Origin: a virus
Reading direction: 5' to 3' (one strand)
Length of the DNA: 48,952 nucleotides
IMG/VR virus record: IMGVR_UViG_3300006217_000086
Notes under the pieces: model-generated
What the model was told of the DNA's origin: nothing
Databases searched by the model: none
What the model saw: the letters and a program-made list of their open reading frames with translations, nothing else
Part shown: positions 15,346-22,815 of the stretch, piece by piece
Numbering within the stretch: the first letter of the stretch is position 1
How the letters are laid out: every line of letters begins with the position of its first letter
Made by a program: the position numbers and the translations under genes

Positions 15346-15491
15346 GACTCCGCCTCCTCGCCCGCCGGCGGGAAGAACCACACCGCCAGCGCCTGCCGGC
15401 CGTTTTGGAGGGCCTGCGCCCGGTCCGGGGTGTAGAGGTCCACCGCAAGGCCGCGGACGCCGGTGTCCGCGGCGTGGTAGCTCTTAATCAT
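15336..15491 (-). CDS. Small hypothetical protein (51 aa)
   Basis: GGAGGGGG SD followed by ATG at 15491. Overlaps both neighbouring genes by a few nt. Confidence 0.35.
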   Translation of the reverse strand: MIKSYHAADTGVRGLAVDLYTPDRAQALQNGRQALAVWFFPPAGEEAESCT

Positions 15492-15996
15492 AGCCGTGCC
15501 CCCTCCTTCCAAGGTCACGATGTGTCTTTGCACAATGTTCAGATTTGGAAAGCCATTGGCAATTTTCTGGAGTATAATCTCCATCGTTGTCAATTCTGTC
15601 AAGCTGCATCCCGGCCTGATAGCCATGCTCATAGGACCATTTTGCAAAAGCAGGGAAATCATGGACCCACTCTTCACAGATGGAAACCCCCTTCCCGCCA
15701 TGTCCGGCGTATCCAGTGGCGTTGGGATTCAGGCACCTGGACTTCATGGAGTGCCAACTTCCAAAAAGCGGCGTCCGGCTCATCCCATGCGTCGTCATAC
15801 GCTTCGCGGTCATCGTTCTCACAAGGCATCCGCAACTCTTTGTTCGGCCAGTCAAAAAGCTCGAAGCACGAATAATCGCTTCTTTTCCACACTCACACTG
15901 GAAAAGCCAATACTTATCCTTGCTTTGGCTGTGGTCGAATCGGACCGCTGTGAGCATATTCTTTTTCATACCGGGGGAAACACCAGGCCGTGCCAC
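15484..15996 (-). CDS. HNH-type (HNH_3-like) endonuclease-family protein
   Basis: CECG...SCGC zinc motif, THGMSRTPLFGSWHSMKSRC, and LDRIDNDGDYTPENCQW, typical of phage HNH_3 proteins. Confidence 0.65.
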   Translation of the reverse strand: MARPGVSPGMKKNMLTAVRFDHSQSKDKYWLFQCECGKEAIIRASSFLTGRTKSCGCLVRTMTAKRMTTHGMSRTPLFGSWHSMKSRCLNPNATGYAGHGGKGVSICEEWVHDFPAFAKWSYEHGYQAGMQLDRIDNDGDYTPENCQWLSKSEHCAKTHRDLGRRGHGYD

Positions 15997-16737
15997 TTAT
16001 TCGACCTCCATCCAGTAAACCGATGCACTACGAACTCCTTGTGCCAGCGCCTCTGCATGGGTAGAGACGCAAAGGTCAATGTGATTCCCACGGATGGACG
16101 TTCCTACATCATCCGCCCGGTAACAATGGATTTCCCCATCGCCATAGTCAACCAGGACTGTGCTGCCAAGGGGAATCACCTCCGGGTCCACCGCAACGCT
16201 GACATATGGGAGCGCCGGAACACCGCGGGCCGTCATTCCGTCTGTTTTTCCGCAGCACACAAGACAGCAGTCATAGTGTGTGACCGTGCAGAGGCCCAGC
16301 TCCCGCGCCCAGGGGAAGCGCCGGGCCGCCTGGCTGTACTCCGGGGGAACCGCTTCCTCCGCGGCGCGGGGGTGGGGGGATAGGCGGTCTTGGGGGGACG
16401 GGCGATTGATCATCGCCCCTACGGGGGCCTCTGCGGCTGCCGAACCGGCCTGTCCGTCAAGGTTGCCGGCCTTTGCCCGGGGCCAGACCGCCGCCAGGGC
16501 CAGGACCTCCACGGCGATGGCCGCCGTCAGGGCCCCGATGGCCGCCGTCTTCCAGACCGTCCGGGCCCGCTCCGCCTCCGCCAGACGCCGCCGCGCCTCC
16601 CGGCGCTCCCGGAGCGCCCGGTCCAGGGCCTCCTGCCGCAGCTCCTGCCTCTTGGCCTCCAGGGCCGCCAGCGCCTCCGCCTGGGCGCTCTGGGCCGCCT
16701 CCAGACGCCGCAGGCGCTTGGATTGCTTGCCGCTCAT
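15997..16737 (-). CDS. 3D-domain (MltA/RlpA-like) protein with an N-terminal coiled coil and a TM segment
   Basis: C-terminus THYDCCLVCCGKTDGMTARGVP...VAVDPEVIPLGS...YRADDVGTSIRGNHIDLCVSTHAEA is the 3D-domain pattern. Confidence 0.75.
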   Translation of the reverse strand: MSGKQSKRLRRLEAAQSAQAEALAALEAKRQELRQEALDRALRERREARRRLAEAERARTVWKTAAIGALTAAIAVEVLALAAVWPRAKAGNLDGQAGSAAAEAPVGAMINRPSPQDRLSPHPRAAEEAVPPEYSQAARRFPWARELGLCTVTHYDCCLVCCGKTDGMTARGVPALPYVSVAVDPEVIPLGSTVLVDYGDGEIHCYRADDVGTSIRGNHIDLCVSTHAEALAQGVRSASVYWMEVE

Positions 16738-17504
16738 ACGCTCCCCCCTTCCTTCGGCACCCAATGGCCGGACTGCAGGTTTTCCGGCTTTTGCGCGGCG
16801 GATACGATTGCGCAGTCCGGCCACAGCGCTTTCTTGACGCGCATTCCGGCAAAGACGCAGAACCCATCGCCTGCCTTGATGCCGCGGCCTGCCTCGATGC
16901 CCCAGCCTGCCTCGATGCCCCAGCCTGCCTCGATGCCAAGGCCTGCCTCGATGCCAAGGCCTGCCTCGATGTCGCAGCCTGCCTTGATGCCCCAGCCTGC
17001 CTCGATGCCGCAGCCTGCCTCGATGCCATCGCCTGCCTCGATGCCAAGGCCTGCCTCGATGCCAAGGCCTGCCTCGATGCCGCAGCCTGCCTCGATGCCC
17101 CAGCCTGCCTCGATGCCATAGACTGCCTTGATGCCATCGCCTGCCTCGATGCCGCAGCCTGCCTTGATGCCCCAGCCTGCCTCGATGCCAAGGCCTGCCT
17201 CGATGCCGCGGCCTGCCCGAATATATCTGGCCCTGACACCTCCATCAAATCGGAGGCTCCCGGCAAACAGAATCGTCCGGTCCGGCGCGTCAAGTTCCTC
17301 GCCAAAAACCCGCTCCTCATTCGTCGGGCCCAGATGCTCCAGCAGCCAGCTGCCGAAATCCAGGCGGTCCTCCTCCGCGCAGCGGTCCAGCACCTCCTGA
17401 TAGCCGCCGCCGTCCGGAAACACCCGCTGAAATTCCCTCTGCCCTTCCCGGCAGGCGCCCAGCTCCCGCAAATACGGAAGCGTAATCTTAAAATCCCCTG
17501 TCAT
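16734..17504 (-). CDS. Hexapeptide-repeat protein, about 20 x (G-I-E/K-A-G-x), predicted beta-helix
   Basis: GIEAGLGIEAGWGIKAGCGIEAGD... encoded by an 18-bp tandem DNA repeat. Unique N-terminal domain MTGDFKITLPYLRELGACREGQ. Confidence 0.7.
   Translation of the reverse strand: MTGDFKITLPYLRELGACREGQREFQRVFPDGGGYQEVLDRCAEEDRLDFGSWLLEHLGPTNEERVFGEELDAPDRTILFAGSLRFDGGVRARYIRAGRGIEAGLGIEAGWGIKAGCGIEAGDGIKAVYGIEAGWGIEAGCGIEAGLGIEAGLGIEAGDGIEAGCGIEAGWGIKAGCDIEAGLGIEAGLGIEAGWGIEAGWGIEAGRGIKAGDGFCVFAGMRVKKALWPDCAIVSAAQKPENLQSGHWVPKEGGSV
16869..17210. repeat. 19 x 18-bp tandem repeat (gcctgcctcgatgccNNN) inside the CDS
   Basis: Counted directly. Only the last 3 nt of each unit vary systematically. 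Confidence 0.95.
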
Positions 17505-17618
17505 ACGTTTTCCTTGCCTTTCTCCCCTCCGCCTGCTACAATGGGGGCGGAAGGGCTTTTTTCTTTGTGCTTCCTCTGCCTCGTAAGCGTCGCCGCGCTT
17601 GCGGGGCGCTTTCTGTTT

Positions 17619-17738
17619 TCACAGGGCGATGATAACCGCCCCGGCCTGGAGTTCTTCCGCCAGCCGCTCTCCCGCCGCCTCCGCCGTCACGCGCCGCCGC
17701 GCTGCGGCGATGGGCGCAATCTGTGTCACTCGCTTCAT
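17619..17738 (-). CDS. Small hypothetical protein (39 aa)
   Basis: GGAGGAG SD followed by ATG. MKRVTQIAPIAAARRRVTAEAAGERLAEELQAGAVIIAL. Confidence 0.35.
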   Translation of the reverse strand: MKRVTQIAPIAAARRRVTAEAAGERLAEELQAGAVIIAL

Positions 17739-17753
17739 GCTGGCTCCTCCTCT

Positions 17754-17963
17754 CTACCGGTCCAGCCGGGCGGCAATCCAGTCGTCCAGCAGGGTTTTGT
17801 AAATGGTGACGCTGGGCTGACGGTCAATCATGATGTAGTCTCCGAAGGGATAAGCCCCGTTCTGGATGCCGTTGCGCACCTTCTCCGGGCTGACCTTCAT
17901 CCCCAGCGCCCGCAGTCGCTCCGACGTCTGCTGGGCGTTCAGTGTTGTGATGTGTTCTTCCAT
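17754..17963 (-). CDS. Small hypothetical protein, possibly DNA-binding
   Basis: 69-aa ORF in the early operon. No firm motif found. Confidence 0.4.
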   Translation of the reverse strand: MEEHITTLNAQQTSERLRALGMKVSPEKVRNGIQNGAYPFGDYIMIDRQPSVTIYKTLLDDWIAARLDR

Positions 17964-17981
17964 GGTGCTTCCTCCAGTTGG

Positions 17982-18203
17982 TTAATCTTCGATAGGAAAC
18001 GGGATTCCCATCACGTCTTCCATCCGCGCCGCCCGCGCAGCGGTCACCACAATGGCGGTATGCGGGTGGTGGTTTTCCCGCAGGTATTTCACCAGCGGGG
18101 CGGAAAGCCGCCGCAGCTCTTCCGCCCCTGCGGCCACCGCCGCTCTATCGGCAAGGCTGTCCGCCGCGGTCTCCTTCGCCTTTTTGCGCTTCTCTGCCGG
18201 CAT
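17982..18203 (-). CDS. Hypothetical early protein
   Basis: AAAAGGAGGTGA SD followed by ATG at 18203. Confidence 0.5.
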   Translation of the reverse strand: MPAEKRKKAKETAADSLADRAAVAAGAEELRRLSAPLVKYLRENHHPHTAIVVTAARAARMEDVMGIPFPIED

Positions 18204-18276
18204 GGGTTCACCTCCTTTTATGCGCTGGGTCGGATGTGTTTCCAAGCCGAGTTTACAGTTTGTTTACGTGCGTATA

Positions 18277-18305
18277 TTGACATTCCAATATTGTCCCATT
18301 AGAAT
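18277..18305 (+). promoter_or_regulatory. Sigma70-like promoter (TTGACA-17-TAGAAT) for the small plus-strand ORF
   Basis: Read directly from the sequence. Confidence 0.5.
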
Positions 18306-18363
18306 ATCAATAGCGTTGTTTGCTCACCCCTAATCGATACGGGTAAGAAATGGGGTGATTCAA

Positions 18364-18498
18364 TGGCGCGAAATTCTGTGAGGACGTCTTCCAAACTGGC
18401 GTCCAAGGCTTCAAAGGCGCTCAGAAGTTCCAAAACCAGCAGGACCACCAAGTCGCTGGCCGCTTCCGCGCTCTCCAACCGGCGGCCTAAATAATGCC
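18364..18498 (+). CDS. Small, very basic Ser/Lys-rich protein (44 aa)
   Basis: MARNSVRTSSKLASKASKALRSSKTSRTTKSLAASALSNRRPK. Has a promoter and a GGGGTGAT SD. Convergent with cro. Confidence 0.45.
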
Positions 18499-18504
18499 GG
18501 ACTC

Positions 18505-18537
18505 AAACCAGTCAGGTCCACACCCCTGGCTGGTTTT
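18505..18537. terminator. Bidirectional hairpin terminator between the convergent genes
   Basis: aaaccagtcagg / cctggctggttt stem, followed by a T run. Confidence 0.55.
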
Positions 18538-18768
18538 CTATGCGCCGGGCTTGCATTCGGCGAACAGGTCAGAGACATCAACCCCCAGCGCCGCAGAAAT
18601 GCGGGATAGATCACAGGGCTTGATAATCTTCCGGCCATTCAGCATGTCGTTGAACTGCTGCGCAGGATAGCCAGCCCAGCCAGCTACGGCATTCTGCTTC
18701 AACCCGCGTTCCTCAATAATGCGATTTACATTCTGGGGAACAACAAAGTTATAATCAGAGATGGACAT
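18538..18768 (-). CDS. Cro-like XRE HTH regulator
   Basis: NVNRIIEERGLKQNAVAGWAGYPAQQFNDMLNGRKIIKPCDLSRISAALGV. Divergent from the CI gene. Confidence 0.8.
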   Translation of the reverse strand: MSISDYNFVVPQNVNRIIEERGLKQNAVAGWAGYPAQQFNDMLNGRKIIKPCDLSRISAALGVDVSDLFAECKPGA

Positions 18769-18814
18769 TTATACAGCCTCCTTTCGAAGTTTGGGTTTCT
18801 CGACCTACAACGTC

Positions 18815-18843
18815 ATTATAGTCGAGTATCTCGGCTTTGTCAA
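18815..18843 (-). promoter_or_regulatory. Consensus promoter for cro (TTGACA-17-TATAAT)
   Basis: Minus strand reads cTTGACAaagccgagatactcgacTATAATg. The CTCGAC/GTCGAG and GTTTGA/TCAAAC inverted repeats nearby are candidate operators. Confidence 0.7.
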
Positions 18844-18884
18844 GTGGGCAAATAAAAAATGTTTGAAATTCTCAAACTTTTATG

Positions 18885-18913
18885 TTGACTGGCAAATACT
18901 TATGTGTTAATAT
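18885..18913 (+). promoter_or_regulatory. Promoter for the repressor gene (TTGACT-17-TAATAT)
   Basis: Read directly from the sequence, upstream of the AGGAGGTG SD. Confidence 0.6.
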
Positions 18914-18938
18914 TTCAATATAGGAAGGAGGTGCAAGT

Positions 18939-19739
18939 GTGGCTTTTCATGATAGGCTCAAAGAAGCAAGAACTAAGAAAAAGTTGACACAAGAAAAACT
19001 TGCACATGAAATCGGAGTAGCTAAGTCTACTTATACAGGATACGAAAAGGGTAACAGCGAACCGAATATGTTGGTTCTTTCCAAACTTATGGATGCCCTT
19101 GATGTAGACGCTAATTTTCTATTCCAGGATGAAAGCCGGATTAGATACGATACTCATGCAACACCTGCTGAAATGGAACACTTAGTAAAAAAATACCGCC
19201 TACTTTCCCTCAACTGGAAAGAAGCGGTAGACGATGTATTAGATATCGGATATCGGGAGTATGAAGAGCGGCAGGCCGCCCAGAAGGAACAATTGGAACA
19301 GGCCGCCGCCCTGCGGGAACAGCGGCGGCAGATGGAAGCAGGCGCGCTGCCAGAGCCGGAGAATGTGATCCGTTTCCGTGTGCCGGAATACACCGCCCCT
19401 ATGAGCGCCGGCCCCGGCGAGGAAGCTATGCAGGAGTTTCCGGAGGACATTGAGCTGGTGCGGGAGCCGCCCCGGGGGACCTCTTACATGACCCATATCA
19501 AAGGGGACAGCATGGAGCCCACCTTCCACGACGGCGACATGGTCTTTGTCCACGCCTGCCAGGAAATCCTTGTGGGCCGCATCGGCGTCTTTTTCATGGA
19601 TGGGAAACAGTGGGTCAAGGAGCTGGGCGACGGCACTCTGATCTCCCACAACCCGGCCTATGACCCCATCCCCATGCGGGACGACATCCGCTGCCAGGGC
19701 CTGGTGCTGGGTGTGTGTGACGAGAGCTATTTTGAGTGA
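18939..19739 (+). CDS. CI-like repressor (XRE HTH plus LexA/S24 peptidase domain)
   Basis: N-terminal HTH. C-terminus HIKGDSMEPTFHDGDMVFVH...KEL (Ser/Lys dyad context). Confidence 0.9.
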   Translation: MAFHDRLKEARTKKKLTQEKLAHEIGVAKSTYTGYEKGNSEPNMLVLSKLMDALDVDANFLFQDESRIRYDTHATPAEMEHLVKKYRLLSLNWKEAVDDVLDIGYREYEERQAAQKEQLEQAAALREQRRQMEAGALPEPENVIRFRVPEYTAPMSAGPGEEAMQEFPEDIELVREPPRGTSYMTHIKGDSMEPTFHDGDMVFVHACQEILVGRIGVFFMDGKQWVKELGDGTLISHNPAYDPIPMRDDIRCQGLVLGVCDESYFE

Positions 19740-19802
19740 GTAATCGATATATTTTATTTACAAAACAGAGTTTGAAAAAAGAGAAAGAGAAAGAGGTGCC
19801 AC

Positions 19803-20960
19803 ATGGATTTTACCGAACAAATCGCCCAATTTGTAAAACGCGTAGAATCATTGCGGAGCTCCATCCAAACCGAAGAGGCCACTAAGACCGCCATCATCAT
19901 GCCCTTTTTCGCCCTGCTGGGCTATGACGTGTTCAACCCCCAGGAGTTCGCGCCGGAATACGTGGCCGACGTGGGCATCAAGCGGGGGGAGAAGGTGGAC
20001 TACGCCATTTTGCAGGACGGCGAGCCGGTGATTATCATCGAGGCAAAATCCATCAGCCGAAATCTGGAAAAGCACGACTCCCAGCTGTTCCGCTATTTCT
20101 CCACCACGCCTGCCAAGTTTGCCATTTTGACCAACGGGGTCCGTTACCGCTTCTACACCGATTTGGAGTCCCAGAACAAAATGGATGCCATCCCCTTCCT
20201 GGACTTTGATTTGCTGAACATAAAGGAGAGCCAGGTGGAGGAACTGAAGCGGTTCCGGAAGGAGAGCTTCAGCGTCTCCAAGGTCTTCGACGCCGCGTCC
20301 CTTCTGAAATATCAGGGGCGCTTCAAGGAAATACTGGCGGAGCAGTTCCAGACGCCGTCCGATGAGTTTGTCCGGTTTTTCCTGCAGGATGTGTATTCCG
20401 GCATGAAAACCCAGTCGGTCCTGGAGCGGTTCCGCCCCATTTTGCAGCGGTCCATGCAGGAATTTCTCAGCGACACCATGAACAGCAAAATCAAGACGGC
20501 TCTTTTTGCCCGGGAGGATGCCGAACAGCCGCCGCCAGCGGAGCCCCAGGAGCCGGCAAAGGAGACGGCACTCGTGCCGACGCAGGCGGAGATGAACGCC
20601 TATTACCACCTGAAGAATCTCTTTAAGAGTTATGTGAATTTAGAGGAGATTACCTATAAAAAGACCAGCTCGTATCTGGCGGTGCTGTACAAGGGGAATG
20701 TGCGGAACTGGATTTGCCGCCTGCTGGTCAGCGGCCCGCAGCTGGCTGTCATTTTACCGGACCAAGAGAAAAAAGAAATCCGGCGCAGTCTGGCGAACTT
20801 CTATGAGATCGGGAATTACAGCCGTTATATGATTTCTGTTCTGGGCCGTTATACGGATCTTTTTCAGCCCGCGGACCCGGAACCACCCATCTATCAGACC
20901 ACCATCCGCCGCCGCTTCCCGAAGCGCCAAGACCCGCAGGCGCTGCTGGACTCAAAATAA
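19803..20960 (+). CDS. HsdR_N-type PD-(D/E)xK domain protein with a ~240-aa uncharacterised C-terminal region
   Basis: EEATKTAIIMPFFALLGYDVFNP...EKVDYAILQDGEPVIIIEAKS...FAILTNGVRYRFY is the pattern of the type I restriction enzyme R N-terminal (HSDR_N_2) domain. Confidence 0.7.
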   Translation: MDFTEQIAQFVKRVESLRSSIQTEEATKTAIIMPFFALLGYDVFNPQEFAPEYVADVGIKRGEKVDYAILQDGEPVIIIEAKSISRNLEKHDSQLFRYFSTTPAKFAILTNGVRYRFYTDLESQNKMDAIPFLDFDLLNIKESQVEELKRFRKESFSVSKVFDAASLLKYQGRFKEILAEQFQTPSDEFVRFFLQDVYSGMKTQSVLERFRPILQRSMQEFLSDTMNSKIKTALFAREDAEQPPPAEPQEPAKETALVPTQAEMNAYYHLKNLFKSYVNLEEITYKKTSSYLAVLYKGNVRNWICRLLVSGPQLAVILPDQEKKEIRRSLANFYEIGNYSRYMISVLGRYTDLFQPADPEPPIYQTTIRRRFPKRQDPQALLDSK

Positions 20961-21049
20961 AACCGCTGCCGGCGATGCAGCACCGACGGCAAAGGGGATG
21001 TGGTTTTGCAGCAGTATTTGTTGAAATCCACAAAAAGCGAATAAAGCAG

Positions 21050-21078
21050 TTGACAATCTTCAAGCAAGGGCATATTAC
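21050..21078 (+). promoter_or_regulatory. Promoter-like TTGACA-17-TATTAC upstream of a structured non-coding stretch
   Basis: Read directly from the sequence. Confidence 0.4.
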
Positions 21079-21386
21079 ATGAGGTACAACGAATGTGACG
21101 TTCTCCGTCACCCCCCCGTTGTGCCATTAAGCCCTTGGAACAGGTCCCCCAAAATACGGGGAGTGCCTATCCTAAGGGCTTTCGACTTTTGGGAGGGGCT
21201 ATATGTTAAAAACAGCAATTTTATAAGTAAAGCATAAAAGAAAACGCTTCATTTAAAGTGTAGGGCTCTATGAATAAAGAGCTGAAAAAATAAAACTGCC
21301 GCCCCGGCGGCAGAGAGGAGCGGCCAATCGTCTATATGGCCTATTCAAAAGCAGCGATTTTCTTGGAATAATACTTGAGTAAATGC

Positions 21387-21415
21387 TTGACATACTCCAT
21401 GGAGTATGTTATACT
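21387..21415 (+). promoter_or_regulatory. Promoter TTGACA-17-TATACT whose spacer is a perfect 18-bp palindrome, catactccatggagtatg
   Basis: Read directly from the sequence. The palindrome at 21391..21408 is a likely operator. Confidence 0.65.
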
Positions 21416-21462
21416 TATAATTGTCAGGAGGCAAGAGCTTGACAAACCAAGGAGGAAAGGAT

Positions 21463-21618
21463 ATGAACGCCATGACAGACAAGCAGATGCAGTTTATCGC
21501 CTGGCTGATTACCACGGCAACAGACAAATGCAAGGACATGGATGAGGTCCGAAAAATGAACGAGGAAATCCGGAAGCACTCCGCCGGAATCAAAGACGAG
21601 GACACCGACCAGCAATAA
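21463..21618 (+). CDS. Small hypothetical protein (51 aa)
   Basis: AAGGAGGAAAGG SD. MNAMTDKQMQFIAWLITTATDKCKDMDEVRKMNEEIRKH... Confidence 0.5.
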   Translation: MNAMTDKQMQFIAWLITTATDKCKDMDEVRKMNEEIRKHSAGIKDEDTDQQ

Positions 21619-21669
21619 ATGAAGAAGGGCGGCTCTTGCCGCCGCCCTTCCCGCATGAGGAGGAGTATT

Positions 21670-21858
21670 GTGGAAGAGGCCCGGAAAACTCATACCAGTT
21701 CTGCCGTAAAGCGAAGATACAATCAAAAGGCATACAAGTCCATTACGGTCCAGGTCAAGCCGGAGCTGGCAGAGCGGATTCAAACCTATAAGGAGTTGGA
21801 AGGAATCAGTATGTCGGAGCTGCTGTCCAAGGCGATGGATCTTCTGGAGCGGCAATAA
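21670..21858 (+). CDS. RHH/Arc-like small DNA-binding protein (putative)
   Basis: AGGAGGAG SD followed by GTG. ...KRRYNQKAYKSITVQVKPELAERIQTYKELEGISMSELLSKAMDLL. Pattern similar to the ORF at 26545..26739. Confidence 0.5.
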   Translation: MEEARKTHTSSAVKRRYNQKAYKSITVQVKPELAERIQTYKELEGISMSELLSKAMDLLERQ

Positions 21859-21904
21859 AACCGCCGCCCCCGGCGGCAGAGCACCAGGGGCGGCGGAAGC
21901 CCAG

Positions 21905-22438
21905 TTAAATTTCAGGTAATTTCAAAAACATTGGAATACACTCTGTATTCCAATCCTCTCTTGGGATCTCTCCCTGCTCATCTATTCGCCCAAAGCCGAA
22001 CTTTTCATAAAAGGGGACTGCTTTCCGGTCGGAGCAGAGGGTTCTGTATTCGATGCCGATTTCGGTTTCTCTCATTTCCTTCGCAATCGAAAATGCAAAT
22101 TTCATCAGATTCGAGCCGATGTGCTGTCCTTCAGCATCCTTGGAAACCGCAAGCTCAAAAATTTCCAGAGCCGGGAAACCGTATGTGACATGATCTTCCG
22201 TTCGAGTATAAGCAGATGCCCGCAGAGTGATATATCCGAGGAGTCTCTCTTCTGACCCATTTTCCCGGATGAACACATGCGTTACACCTTTCCCCCGACT
22301 CCGGTCACTGAGGGCAATCAGGCGGATATATTCTTCATAATGCCCATGATTTCCACAAGAATCGGGGTTGACCTGGAAGCTCCAGGCCAACCCGGCATAT
22401 TTTGGCGAATATCGTTCAATTCTGTCGGAAACGGTCAT
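21905..22438 (-). CDS. GNAT-family N-acetyltransferase (toxin-like)
   Basis: ALEIFELAVSKDAEGQHIGSNLMKFAFSIAKE...AVPFYEKFGFGRI is an acetyl-CoA binding motif A/B pattern. Confidence 0.75.
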   Translation of the reverse strand: MTVSDRIERYSPKYAGLAWSFQVNPDSCGNHGHYEEYIRLIALSDRSRGKGVTHVFIRENGSEERLLGYITLRASAYTRTEDHVTYGFPALEIFELAVSKDAEGQHIGSNLMKFAFSIAKEMRETEIGIEYRTLCSDRKAVPFYEKFGFGRIDEQGEIPREDWNTECIPMFLKLPEI

Positions 22439-22572
22439 TTCGATTCCTTCACATATTTGGCAATGTCCGCCTGGTACTGTTTGAGGGTTTCCAAACTGAT
22501 TGTCGGCTCTTCCTTCGGCTTCTTTGGGTCCACTTTGACCCGATACGCGTAGTTTCTGGCAACAGCAGACAT
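22435..22572 (-). CDS. Small protein (45 aa) overlapping the GNAT gene start; candidate antitoxin/partner
   Basis: AAAGGAG SD. 4-nt overlap with the GNAT ATG. MSAVARNYAYRVKVDPKKPKEEPTISLETLKQYQADIAKYVKESK. Confidence 0.45.
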   Translation of the reverse strand: MSAVARNYAYRVKVDPKKPKEEPTISLETLKQYQADIAKYVKESK

Positions 22573-22815
22573 CAAATCAGCTCCTTTCGTTCTCCCACAC
22601 AGTATGCCCGTTTTCCAGTTTTGTTGCACATCCATGTGCATTTTTCACAAAAATTAAGCAAGAGTAATCTACTTTGTATTATAAGGCGTTTCCTGCAAAA
22701 AAGATATATTGGTTTTTTAATAAAAAAAGAAGATGTCCGTTGTCTGATTTGTCAAATGCGATAAAACCGCCCTCAGCGCTGCCAGCGCCGGCGGCGGTCA
22801 AAGGGCAGAAATCTC

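Noticed and set aside
16869-17210. Possible CRISPR array, suggested by the regular 18-bp periodicity
   Set aside because: The repeats are contiguous with no spacers, lie inside a coding frame giving a clean hexapeptide repeat, and there are no cas genes.
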